From Candidatus Bathyarchaeota archaeon (GTDB taxonomy: Archaea > Thermoproteota > Bathyarchaeia > Bathyarchaeales > Bathycorpusculaceae): a stretch of 64,000 nt of DNA. Of the stretch, positions 18,400-27,266 are shown in pieces; positions within the stretch are counted from its first letter, which is position 1, and each line of letters begins with the position of its first letter. The stretch covers positions 2,240,001-2,304,000 of the forward strand of contig OY970176.1 in the NCBI GenBank assembly GCA_963707955.1, given 5' to 3'. Under the pieces are notes generated by a model. It ran no database searches. It was not told the origin of the DNA and saw only the letters and a program-made list of their open reading frames with translations. The translations under genes were made by a program, and so were the position numbers.

Positions 18400-19360
18400 G
18401 AAGTCAGAGACAAAAACGGGCAGACTGAACGTTATCCGCATTTTGAGAAGGAAATAGGCGAAGCTGTCCTGAAGAGCGGAAGTTACGTTTCCGTTGACGC
18501 CCTAATTGACCTTGCACTCTGGAACATAGACACCTACATTATGACTAGGAAAAACAGAGTTGTAGCAGTTTTGAAGAACCTTGAAGATGACTCTCACGTT
18601 AAAACTAGGCTCTGTCAATATGAGGCTCTCAGCAACGGTAAAGGAATTGCTATAGCTAAACAGTTTTTAATCTCCAAGATTGAAGGTCAAAACTTCGTTT
18701 TTAAGAAATATGGTCTGAAACGTCTCAATGTTGATGCTAGGCATCAAATCGGTAATATTCAATTTGAAAGTCTAGAATCAGCTAGGAAAAAGCTTGTCTT
18801 AATTGAGAGCCATAATGCTAAGCTGTATTTCAACCAGATTTTCAACTTGTTTCCTGAAAAGATTAGACCTGAAAAGAGGACAGGCTATGCGGCGTAAGAT
18901 GGCTTGAACAACGTCTTTAATTTTGCGTATTATGTTTTGAAGTGCAGAGTTCATAAGACATTGTTGAAAGCTAAGCTTGAACCATACCTAGGATTCCTTC
19001 ACTCTGTTCAAGTTGGAAAGCCTAGTCTAGTATGCGACTTTCAAGAACTTTACCGCTACTTGATAGATGACTACCTGATAGAACGGTGTCAGAAATTGCG
19101 TAAGAAGGATTTTGTGCTTGTTACAGATTTTATGATGCGTCTCAAAATGGGAAAGAGGATTCACCTATGTGAATTTGAAACTAATGATTTAGCTGAAGGT
19201 TTGAATTTGCTTTTTGAACGGCATAGTTGAGATTCCAAGAATCAGGCATGGCAGTAGGCAGACTCTTGACACGTTGATTAATGAAGAGGCTTACTTGTTT
19301 GCAAAGTTTCTGAGACATGAACGGGAAACATGGGCTCCAAGAATAGCGAGCCTAGCCTGA
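18400..19360 (+). pseudogene. cas1: Solo CRISPR-associated endonuclease Cas1 (5'-truncated, TAA at 18895-18897, frameshift near 19222)
   Basis: VRDKNG.TERYP.FE.EIGE..LKSG, R..QY, IE...A..YF, N..FNFAY..L, L.PYLGFLH, SLVCDFQE.YR..IDD; no cas2 or array nearby. Confidence 0.9.
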
Positions 19361-19514
19361 TGGAAATAAGTAGTGATATCCCGATGTGGGACTTGGCGTG
19401 CGCTAATTTGTCAGAGTCCTCTGATCTGCGCTATTCTGTAAAGTCTGCTTGCTGGGAGTAAGAATACAAAGAGTTTTATCCTCATATCTTCAACTAAGTT
19501 GGCGGGATTGATAT

Positions 19515-20174
19515 TTGGAAAAACTTCAAACAGTAAGGCCTGAACGTACTGAAGAATTCAGGAAAAGATACCATGTGCTTCTTAACATCTCTGACGAGAA
19601 AATCAATGATATACTGAAACTGGTTGATTACGGACGACTTCTGCCTGATATCTGGAAAGATAAGCGAGAGGAGGAATTCAACCGGAAGATAGCTAAGATC
19701 TGTCAATTTGATGACCAAAAAGCAAGTTTGGTCATGTCATCGATAATTGGCATTTTGCGTAATGTGAAGAAAAAAGAGTTTGTTTTGAAAAGAGAATCAG
19801 ACCTGCTGAAATTGAAGTTTAACAAAACTGAGATTGAAAGATACGGAAAATTAGTGAACACATTGAGGAAAAAAGGGGGTCACGATGAAGTCAGAGAAGT
19901 CGATCAATGGCAATCTCTGACTGCGGAAGTCTTGCCATCTTTGGCTTCTATTGAATGCTCGTTTGACATACGGTGCGGAATCAAGAAAGACCAAGTATCG
20001 ACGTATATCCCTATTGTATTGTTAAAACTCAGAGCGACGAATGAAGGAGGGAAATCCTCAGAGTTTGTATTCCAAACTGACATTGGCACCCTAAGACGTA
20101 TAACTCGCGTTTTGACCGAAACATATAGAAACTCCAGTGTACTTAGGAAATATACACTCAAACGTGAGGACTGA
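19515..20174 (+). CDS. COMMD-like protein (helical N-domain plus C-terminal COMM-like domain)
   Basis: LPSLASIECSFDIR...PIVLLKL.......SEFVFQ.....L..I...L follows the COMM-domain pattern; ~220 aa as in COMMDs. Confidence 0.6.
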   Translation: MEKLQTVRPERTEEFRKRYHVLLNISDEKINDILKLVDYGRLLPDIWKDKREEEFNRKIAKICQFDDQKASLVMSSIIGILRNVKKKEFVLKRESDLLKLKFNKTEIERYGKLVNTLRKKGGHDEVREVDQWQSLTAEVLPSLASIECSFDIRCGIKKDQVSTYIPIVLLKLRATNEGGKSSEFVFQTDIGTLRRITRVLTETYRNSSVLRKYTLKRED

Positions 20175-20182
20175 AACTGACA

Positions 20183-20656
20183 ATGCGTCTCAGTCAACGT
20201 GTAGTACTTGAAGAACCGCAACCTGTCGCAGAGCATCAGAGATGTTTTCTAAGTGGAGATAGATACATCATGGATGCAGATCTCTTGGATAATTCCAAGC
20301 GTCGCGCGAGACTAAGACGCGTGCGTGAAGTATGGAAGCCAAATCATTGGTTCCCTGATGAAAGAATATACTTGGTGCATTCAGTCGCTCCAAACTTCTA
20401 TCGACGTGGCGATACGACATGGTCTATTGTTTTAGATGAAGAAAGCGAGACTGACTTAACTGAAACAATTCAAAAGAAGCTGAGAATCAGAAAGACAGAG
20501 GCAGCAGCAATAAAGGATAAACTTTACGAGGAAATTGACCAAATAGCTCAGGCTCGGAACGTTGAACGGTTTTCCTCAAACGAAAAAGACCAGCTAGTAT
20601 TAGCAATAATCAAGACCGCTGACAGTTTGTTGAAGAAGACACTTGATACAAAGTAG
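20183..20656 (+). CDS. Hypothetical protein
   Basis: 157-aa ORF, 8 bp from upstream and 14 bp from downstream gene. Confidence 0.7.
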   Translation: MRLSQRVVLEEPQPVAEHQRCFLSGDRYIMDADLLDNSKRRARLRRVREVWKPNHWFPDERIYLVHSVAPNFYRRGDTTWSIVLDEESETDLTETIQKKLRIRKTEAAAIKDKLYEEIDQIAQARNVERFSSNEKDQLVLAIIKTADSLLKKTLDTK

Positions 20657-20670
20657 TCGGAGGCTGGCAC

Positions 20671-21753
20671 TTGTCATCCTCGGAAGACAAGCAGTCATCC
20701 TTTGCCTATCTTCTCTTGTCATTCCTCGAAGGAAAATTGTTAGAGAAGAATATTGAGATTCCCAAATCTTCTCGTGACATTCTTAATGTAGCAGTGGATG
20801 AGGCTGTCAACCAATATGTCACTATGCATGGCAAAGATATGACGATTGAACCTTTGTCACTTTTTGAGACGGTTTTCATGCTAGGTTTGGAATTCCGCCG
20901 TAAAAATCCTCCAATCATTCTTGTTCGCACCTATCAAGTTGGTTTTGAATCAAAAAAGAAGTCTCCTTATTCAATTGTAGTAGTGCAACCACGTGTTCCT
21001 TCTCAGGATCAGTTTAGAGAAAAGGTTACCAATAATGGAAAACTTTGTATCATTAAAGAAGAAGCGGCTGAAGACATAATGCAGCAACTTTCAGAGATTG
21101 CTGAGAAGCTTGAAGAAAGAGTTGATTTTGTCTGTTTTCCTGAACTATCATTCTTTGATAAGAAAGAAACCTACGATGTTTTGAGCAAAATTGGAAAGGA
21201 AAAAGATTGTTTCATAATAGCAGGATCTTTTCACGATGAAAAGACAGAATCTAATATCTCTGTGATTTTTTCACCCCAAGGAAACTGGTTCAATCAGAGC
21301 AAAATCTTCAGATCCAAAAACGAAGGTATCAATGAGAAACCAATAGAATACTTGAACGAGTTTGATTTCCTTGAAGGAAGATTTTGTGTGTTGATTTGTA
21401 TCGATTCAGAAAGAGAGGATATCAGACAGATACTCAAAGAGAGACTGAAAGACCGCAAGTGCCCTGTGCTAGTCTTCAACCCATCACACACCGAACACCC
21501 AAAAAGGGCGACGGAGCTGCTAGCAAACAATCTCATGGTGCTGATTTCTGCGGCAATAGTTTTCTGTAATACTAACCAGAAAGGGGGTTCAACGGTACTT
21601 GTTCCTTTTGTTGAACTCAAAGATAGAAAATTCCGACTCTTCGAACTACCTCCTTCCGCCAAGACTGAGATTGGAAACGCCCAAGTTGATGTTAACCTCC
21701 TTATGGAAAATAGATTGTCAAAACAAAATGGTGTGGTTTCCATGACGAGATAA
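20671..21753 (+). CDS. Carbon-nitrogen hydrolase (nitrilase-fold) protein with N-terminal extension
   Basis: Catalytic triad motifs FVCFPEL, Q.K, VLICID; IIAGS; F.NT...GGS. Confidence 0.82.
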   Translation: MSSSEDKQSSFAYLLLSFLEGKLLEKNIEIPKSSRDILNVAVDEAVNQYVTMHGKDMTIEPLSLFETVFMLGLEFRRKNPPIILVRTYQVGFESKKKSPYSIVVVQPRVPSQDQFREKVTNNGKLCIIKEEAAEDIMQQLSEIAEKLEERVDFVCFPELSFFDKKETYDVLSKIGKEKDCFIIAGSFHDEKTESNISVIFSPQGNWFNQSKIFRSKNEGINEKPIEYLNEFDFLEGRFCVLICIDSEREDIRQILKERLKDRKCPVLVFNPSHTEHPKRATELLANNLMVLISAAIVFCNTNQKGGSTVLVPFVELKDRKFRLFELPPSAKTEIGNAQVDVNLLMENRLSKQNGVVSMTR

Positions 21754-21811
21754 GACTGCGAGCCGTCAAGGAAAGGATTTGCGCCCGCGCAAAATCACAG
21801 ACTGAACAGTG

Positions 21812-21940
21812 TTATGTGTTTTTCGTTTTATGCGTGTGTGTGTTTTTTATTTGTTTGTTTTTTTAGAGAGAGAGTGAGTGAGAGAGTTAGTAGGAGAGAG
21901 AGAAAAGGACAAAACTTTACCCCCCCACACACACAACAAC
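21812..21940 (-). repeat. Box + G-poor tract element, copy 2 (inverted, near-identical tract to copy 1)
   Basis: Reverse complement of ~21832-21908 matches ~18304-18378 with few differences; box GGACAAAACTTTACCC at 21907-21922. Confidence 0.88.
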
Positions 21941-21984
21941 TTTGGTTCGTGGCTTTTTGGGGTGCCTCGCTGGTCGCTCGGCAC

Positions 21985-22371
21985 CTTTTTCTAAGCAGCA
22001 GGATGACCAGCTATCCTCTTTGAGGCAAAAAACAGACGCTGGTACGCTGATAAAAGAGGTGGGGCATGAGGCACAGCAAATAACCCTACCCACGCTCAAT
22101 AGGAGAATAATATACCCGTTAGAGGCTCTAAAGGGTATATTTCGAGACGTTTTCAGCTCAATTTGATGGCGAATAGAGAATACTCCAAAGCTACTGGAAA
22201 ATCATTAAGAAAACAGCGGTTTACGACAAGGCTCTTGGCAAATTTACAGACGAAGACTCACGCAAAGAAGGTTTCGAAGACATAGCCGAATGCAAGCAGT
22301 TCTGGAAGGAAAACATTGACGCGTGGAATCCCGACAGAATCGTCTGGATTCATGAACATGAATTAGTCTAA
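21985..22371 (+). pseudogene. Degraded ASCH-domain gene
   Basis: C-terminal VYDKALGKFTDEDSRKEGFEDIAECKQFWKENIDAWNPDRIVWIHEHELV-stop; 5' part broken. Confidence 0.6.
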
Positions 22372-22397
22372 GCACACGCCGATTACACTTCATACGC

Positions 22398-23249
22398 TTA
22401 TTCCGTGACCTCGGGTGTATCCGCGAGCACTTTCGAGAAGGAGTTTGCTATCGAATTGACTACCTCTTGGTTAGTGGAAACAATCCCTGCTTCCCAAGAA
22501 ACACCAGCCGATGAATCTGCAAAGAAATTCATTGAAGATATAATAGCTATTGCACGGTCAACTACGATTAATTTCGCGTGTACTTTGGCATCATAAAATA
22601 ATGAAATGCCTTCCTGTTTGAGTTTTGAGTGATAATCCTGCCTTTTCTTAAGATATTCAGGATGCTTGTCCTCTGGAGGGCGAGTAATAATTTGAACGTT
22701 GATTCCGTTTTTACTCGCTTCTATCAACGTATTGCTGAGGTCACAATCTTGAATGTAAGGATTTGCTGTGAGAACATCGAATTTGGCGTGAGAGATTAAT
22801 TCTTTTGAAAAATCATCTAGATGTCTTCGCTCGAGGAAGAAATGTTCATGCTCAATGGAAAAATCAAGATTCCTAATTTCTTTCCATTGCGCTATCCATT
22901 TGACGAGTTCGGTCCTCGGATTATACAACTCCGAATAAATCTGAAAACGTTCGTCAGATATGTAATACTTGCTCTCAGCGTTAGTGTTGCTCTCGATTTT
23001 ATGAATGTCTTCTGAGGAGATAAGTTCGAAAAGTGCCCTGTTCAATGATTTCTTGCCCAAACCAGTTACTTCTTGGATTTCTCTCCAAGTCAAGGGTCTG
23101 CCATTTTGGACAATCGCTCTGATGACTAAACCTTGCCATGACCGAGGTCTCCACTTTGGTCTGGCTGTCGCTTCGCTCTCCAAAGTTGGCTTCTCGGATT
23201 GTTTAATCATTCTGCGGAGCAAGAATAACTCCTGTAACTCTATCATCAT
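22398..23249 (-). CDS. HTH + phospholipase D-family (HKD) nuclease-like protein
   Basis: VHAKLIVVD...AIISSMNF......EAG; N-terminal HTH (LTWREIQEVTGL). Confidence 0.85.
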   Translation of the reverse strand: MMIELQELFLLRRMIKQSEKPTLESEATARPKWRPRSWQGLVIRAIVQNGRPLTWREIQEVTGLGKKSLNRALFELISSEDIHKIESNTNAESKYYISDERFQIYSELYNPRTELVKWIAQWKEIRNLDFSIEHEHFFLERRHLDDFSKELISHAKFDVLTANPYIQDCDLSNTLIEASKNGINVQIITRPPEDKHPEYLKKRQDYHSKLKQEGISLFYDAKVHAKLIVVDRAIAIISSMNFFADSSAGVSWEAGIVSTNQEVVNSIANSFSKVLADTPEVTE

Positions 23250-23411
23250 ACGATTTCTTATAACAATAATGCAGTCATAATCTATAGCACAACTAACGGA
23301 TGCATCGCTTCAAAAATACCTTGGCACCTCTATCATTTTCTTGATCATAAAATGCCCTTCTTTTTGGTATGCCTTGAACATAAGTAAGTAGGCTCTCAAT
23401 GAGAATTAGCA

Positions 23412-23452
23412 ATGTGGTGGTTGTTGGGGTAAAGTTTTACCCAAACCAAACC
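23412..23452 (+). repeat. Box element, copy 3 (short)
   Basis: tgtggtggttgttg GGGTAAAGTTTTACCC aaaccaaacc; box at 23427-23442. Confidence 0.75.
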
Positions 23453-23689
23453 TGACGACGATGTGCTACGTGGAAACAGAATGGCTTCTGAAAGGCAGTA
23501 TACACGATTCAGAGCATAGTGGTTGATCTCTGCAAAAGAGGCTATTACGGGAAATCAGATCATAATAGGGTAGGGATATAGGTAGTATCGGAATCGAGTA
23601 TACGGCCCCCTTTGCGCAGAAGGATTGCGAGAGATGTGTTTGTTCTTTCTGTTTCATAATAGAACAGATTGTTTTGATTGTTATCGAGA

Positions 23690-24775
23690 TCATGAATCGG
23701 CAAGTTTCGTCTCAAGCAGTTCCAGTGTCTTGCTTATGCCGAATGAGCCCTTAATGGGGACTATTCGCTTTTCTTTGGAGAGTGCGCCCCTCAGCTTTGC
23801 TTGAGGAACCAATCTTCGGATTGCTTTTGTAGGCGCTGTAGAGATAACAAAAAGCTGGAGAGACCTATTTGCCACCAGAGACTCATTGATTATTGTATTA
23901 ATCTTCTCGTGCCTGAATGCAAAGCCGACGATGATGCAAATATCCGTCTGCGTGAGTTTATTTTTGAATCTGGCAAACATATCGCCGTACGGATATGGGT
24001 TTTCAGTGTTCGGCTTCCTGCCAAAAAGAACAAACTCGTTGTTTCGGTAAAGTATGGTGTTTGGCGGAACTGGAAACTGTACGGTTATCACCTCAATCTT
24101 TTCTGTCTGTTTGTTCCATACCCAGTTCAGGGAACCATGAAGCTTCGTCAGTGTATATTTTTCGCTGGATGTGGGGGTCACCTGTGGCTCCAAAGTATGT
24201 TCTAGGACCGCATACCTCAGAGCATGCCCAGACTGATCGCAATAATCCTCTATCACGTGATCATAGTTGGTCGTGAATATCTCGAATTCAGGTTTGTTCG
24301 CCATATACGTTTTCATCAAGGAAAAGAAGCGACCGTAATAGTCTTTGATATCATCGAAAAACCCTTGTTTTCGCTGATAATTTGAGAAAGTAGCGGCAGT
24401 TATTTTTTCTTCAAGAGCTCTTGCTAGTCTAACTATCTTATGCCATTCAATTGTACCTTGAAGAGGGTAAGGATGACTATCTTTTCCGAAATCTACAGAC
24501 TCTTTGTACCGTTCAAAGAAATTGTGCATGGAAGAGGCTGTCGAGAGCCGATCTATCTCAAACAGCGAATCGAGAATCTCAACAATATGTTCAATGTCTC
24601 TCACACCGTGCAATTGGCGGAGGGACGACAAGAAACTTCTCTCTTCATCCTTCAAAGTTTTTGAGAAATTTTCCATAAAAGCCTTCGTAGCAGGACAACC
24701 AAACTTTGCAGAAACCCCTGCTCCCAAGAATATTATGATGCTTTTCGAGTGTCCATTATCGACCCTAAGTGACAT
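23690..24775 (-). CDS. SIR2-like (SIR2_2) NAD-dependent protein
   Basis: FLGAGVS...G.P, IFTTNYD, KLHGSLNW, IVGF.FR...IN. Confidence 0.9.
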   Translation of the reverse strand: MSLRVDNGHSKSIIIFLGAGVSAKFGCPATKAFMENFSKTLKDEERSFLSSLRQLHGVRDIEHIVEILDSLFEIDRLSTASSMHNFFERYKESVDFGKDSHPYPLQGTIEWHKIVRLARALEEKITAATFSNYQRKQGFFDDIKDYYGRFFSLMKTYMANKPEFEIFTTNYDHVIEDYCDQSGHALRYAVLEHTLEPQVTPTSSEKYTLTKLHGSLNWVWNKQTEKIEVITVQFPVPPNTILYRNNEFVLFGRKPNTENPYPYGDMFARFKNKLTQTDICIIVGFAFRHEKINTIINESLVANRSLQLFVISTAPTKAIRRLVPQAKLRGALSKEKRIVPIKGSFGISKTLELLETKLADS

Positions 24776-24848
24776 GTGACTAGATTGCTACGGAGACAAG
24801 AAAACGCTTTCGGTTTGTGTTTCTTGGCAGAAATAGTATCTATTTGCA

Positions 24849-26489
24849 TCAGCTCTCCTGAAAGAAGAAAAGATTATCATTCCGAATAGAATCTCTCAAT
24901 TTAACCAGCAGATTAAAGTGCTCGTGAAGCTTCGTTTCTTCTGCTTCTTTTTCTACTGTTTCTATATCTTTTTTCATTGGGAATCCTTCCATTCCTATAT
25001 CCACAGGATATTCTTTCCTTCGGAATTTTGCTATTTTTTGAACACAAATATTGAAGAATCTGATTTCCGACAATAAACGCATGGCAAGATCGAGCACTTT
25101 GTTGTCATAGACTGACTTTATCCAACCCTCAGTTTCGTCTGATTTCGACAATAGTCTCAATTCAATGAAACCAGACGGAGATGACGCAAACTGAAAATGT
25201 CTGATTTCATTTATCTTGGCACTTGTAATGAATAATTCTTTGGTAACGTCGTTGAAAAACAGTCGAAAATCGTGGCAAGGGAAAAACAGTTTATCCCTGC
25301 TCAGTGATGCGACTAAACCCAGTTTGATTCTTTTAGGTATTGACTTTCCGTAATACTCACTTTCAAACACTGAGTTGTTCTGATACAATTTCCTGAAATG
25401 GGAAGGCAGAAACAAAGATTTTTCTAATTCCACACATTTCTTGAAAAGCTTTCTCAAGCTTTTTTCAGCTTTCTGCAGATCTATTTCATCGAAATTATCA
25501 AGAGGAAATGTTATACTGAAATCAAAGTTCTTTGGCAATTTGATTCTTGTCAAGCTAGGGGCCTTTCCGCAAATCTGTTTTAGGGTAGAAAACTCGGATA
25601 TGTTCTTCGTTTTGTATTCGCCTTGCAGCATGAAATCGTCTAACCTGAATTTCTCGATTTTTGGTATGAACGAAAAAACGCCCGAGCTACCTGAGGGTCG
25701 ACCCCAATCTTGCAGTTCATCGGCCAAAATGAGGACAGACAATATTTTCTCTTTTGATGCTTTGATTTTCCTTGTGCCGCGGGAGCTATGAAAAGCAATG
25801 GCTCTGATTACGTCCTCATATTTCTTAATTAGATTCGCATCTTGTTTTAGATAAGATGTGAACTCTAATGCACTCAATATGCCATGGTCAAATTCCTTAG
25901 TTTTGTATTCCTGCAGGATCTCTGGCGGCAAAGATGAGAATTTCTCGATATCAAATCGCAATTTCTTTTCCGCATTCAATAATGCTTCCGAAGCTATATT
26001 GTAACAGTCTTTTATCGCATTTATAGAGAATCGGATGCTCTGGTCTATGTCAGCCAAAGGATATGCGACATCATGGAAAAGGGAAGCCAGGAGCAACTTA
26101 TCCAGATCTTGCGGAGACAAATTGAAAGGGGATTTTTGGCCAATAGCTCTGCCCAATAATGCAACGCGTATCGTATGATTTAGATGATCACGGTAAAATT
26201 TCCTTGCTAACCCTCGAGTTGATATTGTTATTTGCTCCAAACTGGTTAACGCATTACCTAATCGTTTCGACCTCATTCTTCCTTTCGAACTGCAGTCTGC
26301 ACCTAAGATCTTGAGAATCAAATTACTCATTAAGGAGGCTGCTTTCGTTTTCTGCATCTCATAATCAGTTATTTCATTCCAATCTTCTATTTCAGAGCAG
26401 ATGTCTTGGGGCCATTTCCCTAGCTCTATTATCTTTTTGTCGAAAAGCAAACTGACTACGAACGGGTTTTGCTTCGATATGTCTTCCAT
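24849..26489 (-). CDS. HD-domain metal-dependent phosphohydrolase with long C-terminal extension
   Basis: RDH..HT.RV, FHDVAYP, DHG.LSA, AIAFH, LADELQDWGR. Confidence 0.85.
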   Translation of the reverse strand: MEDISKQNPFVVSLLFDKKIIELGKWPQDICSEIEDWNEITDYEMQKTKAASLMSNLILKILGADCSSKGRMRSKRLGNALTSLEQITISTRGLARKFYRDHLNHTIRVALLGRAIGQKSPFNLSPQDLDKLLLASLFHDVAYPLADIDQSIRFSINAIKDCYNIASEALLNAEKKLRFDIEKFSSLPPEILQEYKTKEFDHGILSALEFTSYLKQDANLIKKYEDVIRAIAFHSSRGTRKIKASKEKILSVLILADELQDWGRPSGSSGVFSFIPKIEKFRLDDFMLQGEYKTKNISEFSTLKQICGKAPSLTRIKLPKNFDFSITFPLDNFDEIDLQKAEKSLRKLFKKCVELEKSLFLPSHFRKLYQNNSVFESEYYGKSIPKRIKLGLVASLSRDKLFFPCHDFRLFFNDVTKELFITSAKINEIRHFQFASSPSGFIELRLLSKSDETEGWIKSVYDNKVLDLAMRLLSEIRFFNICVQKIAKFRRKEYPVDIGMEGFPMKKDIETVEKEAEETKLHEHFNLLVKLRDSIRNDNLFFFQES

Positions 26490-26563
26490 TGAGTTGTACT
26501 ATAGATTCACTAGTGTTATATATAATGATTCGAAAGCCTATATTCAGAGGCAGGATGAAATCT

Positions 26564-26923
26564 ATGGGACATCGAAGGGAAGTTTTCAGACCCAGATCTA
26601 CAAAGACGATAAAGAATAGAATTCAACAATCACTCAAAGAGGGGAGGTTTGCAGAAGCTGCCAACATTGCTGCTTTCAGTTATTCATCCAGGCCTATTGC
26701 AGATGATTTCGCCATTTCAATGTTGGCCACAGCCGAAGCTATCACCCTGGGCCGACAAATAAACTGGAAAAAGATTACTGAAGATCTAGTTTCTGCAGGT
26801 ATATCTATCGCTGAACGGAAACTCAATTCGAGAGTCAACAGAAAACGCCTCTCAATAGTCTTTGAATCCATAGCCCGTTCGGTTGAACGCGCTAGAAAAG
26901 AGGAGAGTGCGCGAGATGAGTGA
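26564..26923 (+). CDS. Hypothetical protein (start MGHRR; alternative start 26555)
   Basis: First gene of a tightly coupled three-gene operon ending in QueC. Confidence 0.65.
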   Translation: MGHRREVFRPRSTKTIKNRIQQSLKEGRFAEAANIAAFSYSSRPIADDFAISMLATAEAITLGRQINWKKITEDLVSAGISIAERKLNSRVNRKRLSIVFESIARSVERARKEESARDE

Positions 26924-27266
26924 TCTTGACATTCTCCTTCTGAAAAGCGTAGCTAAAGAAATCATCGAGCATGTTTGGAAAACGGAATTCTACAACGATG
27001 CTGAGAATTATATTTTATACAAAGATTCTAGACGGAAAAAAAACCCTAGGTCGGAGGATGAGATAAGACAGATCGATTCCGAATTGAGTAGATTAAAGAA
27101 CGATCTAATTGACGAAATAGTTGAAGAGTTCAATGCGAACGGGATAAACTCCATGGAGGATATTTCAAAATCCTATGGAAAAGTCCGGGAAATATGTTAC
27201 AAGAAATTTGAAGAGCATAGGAGGCGACTTTGGGATGTCGTTAAACCTGGATTCCCTTCTAAGTGA
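26916..27266 (+). CDS. Hypothetical helical protein
   Basis: Overlaps both neighbours (translational coupling). Confidence 0.7.
   Translation: MSDLDILLLKSVAKEIIEHVWKTEFYNDAENYILYKDSRRKKNPRSEDEIRQIDSELSRLKNDLIDEIVEEFNANGINSMEDISKSYGKVREICYKKFEEHRRRLWDVVKPGFPSK

Noticed and set aside
18400-19500. CRISPR-Cas locus around cas1
   Set aside because: No regularly spaced 25-45-bp repeats, cas2 or effector genes were seen anywhere in the window.
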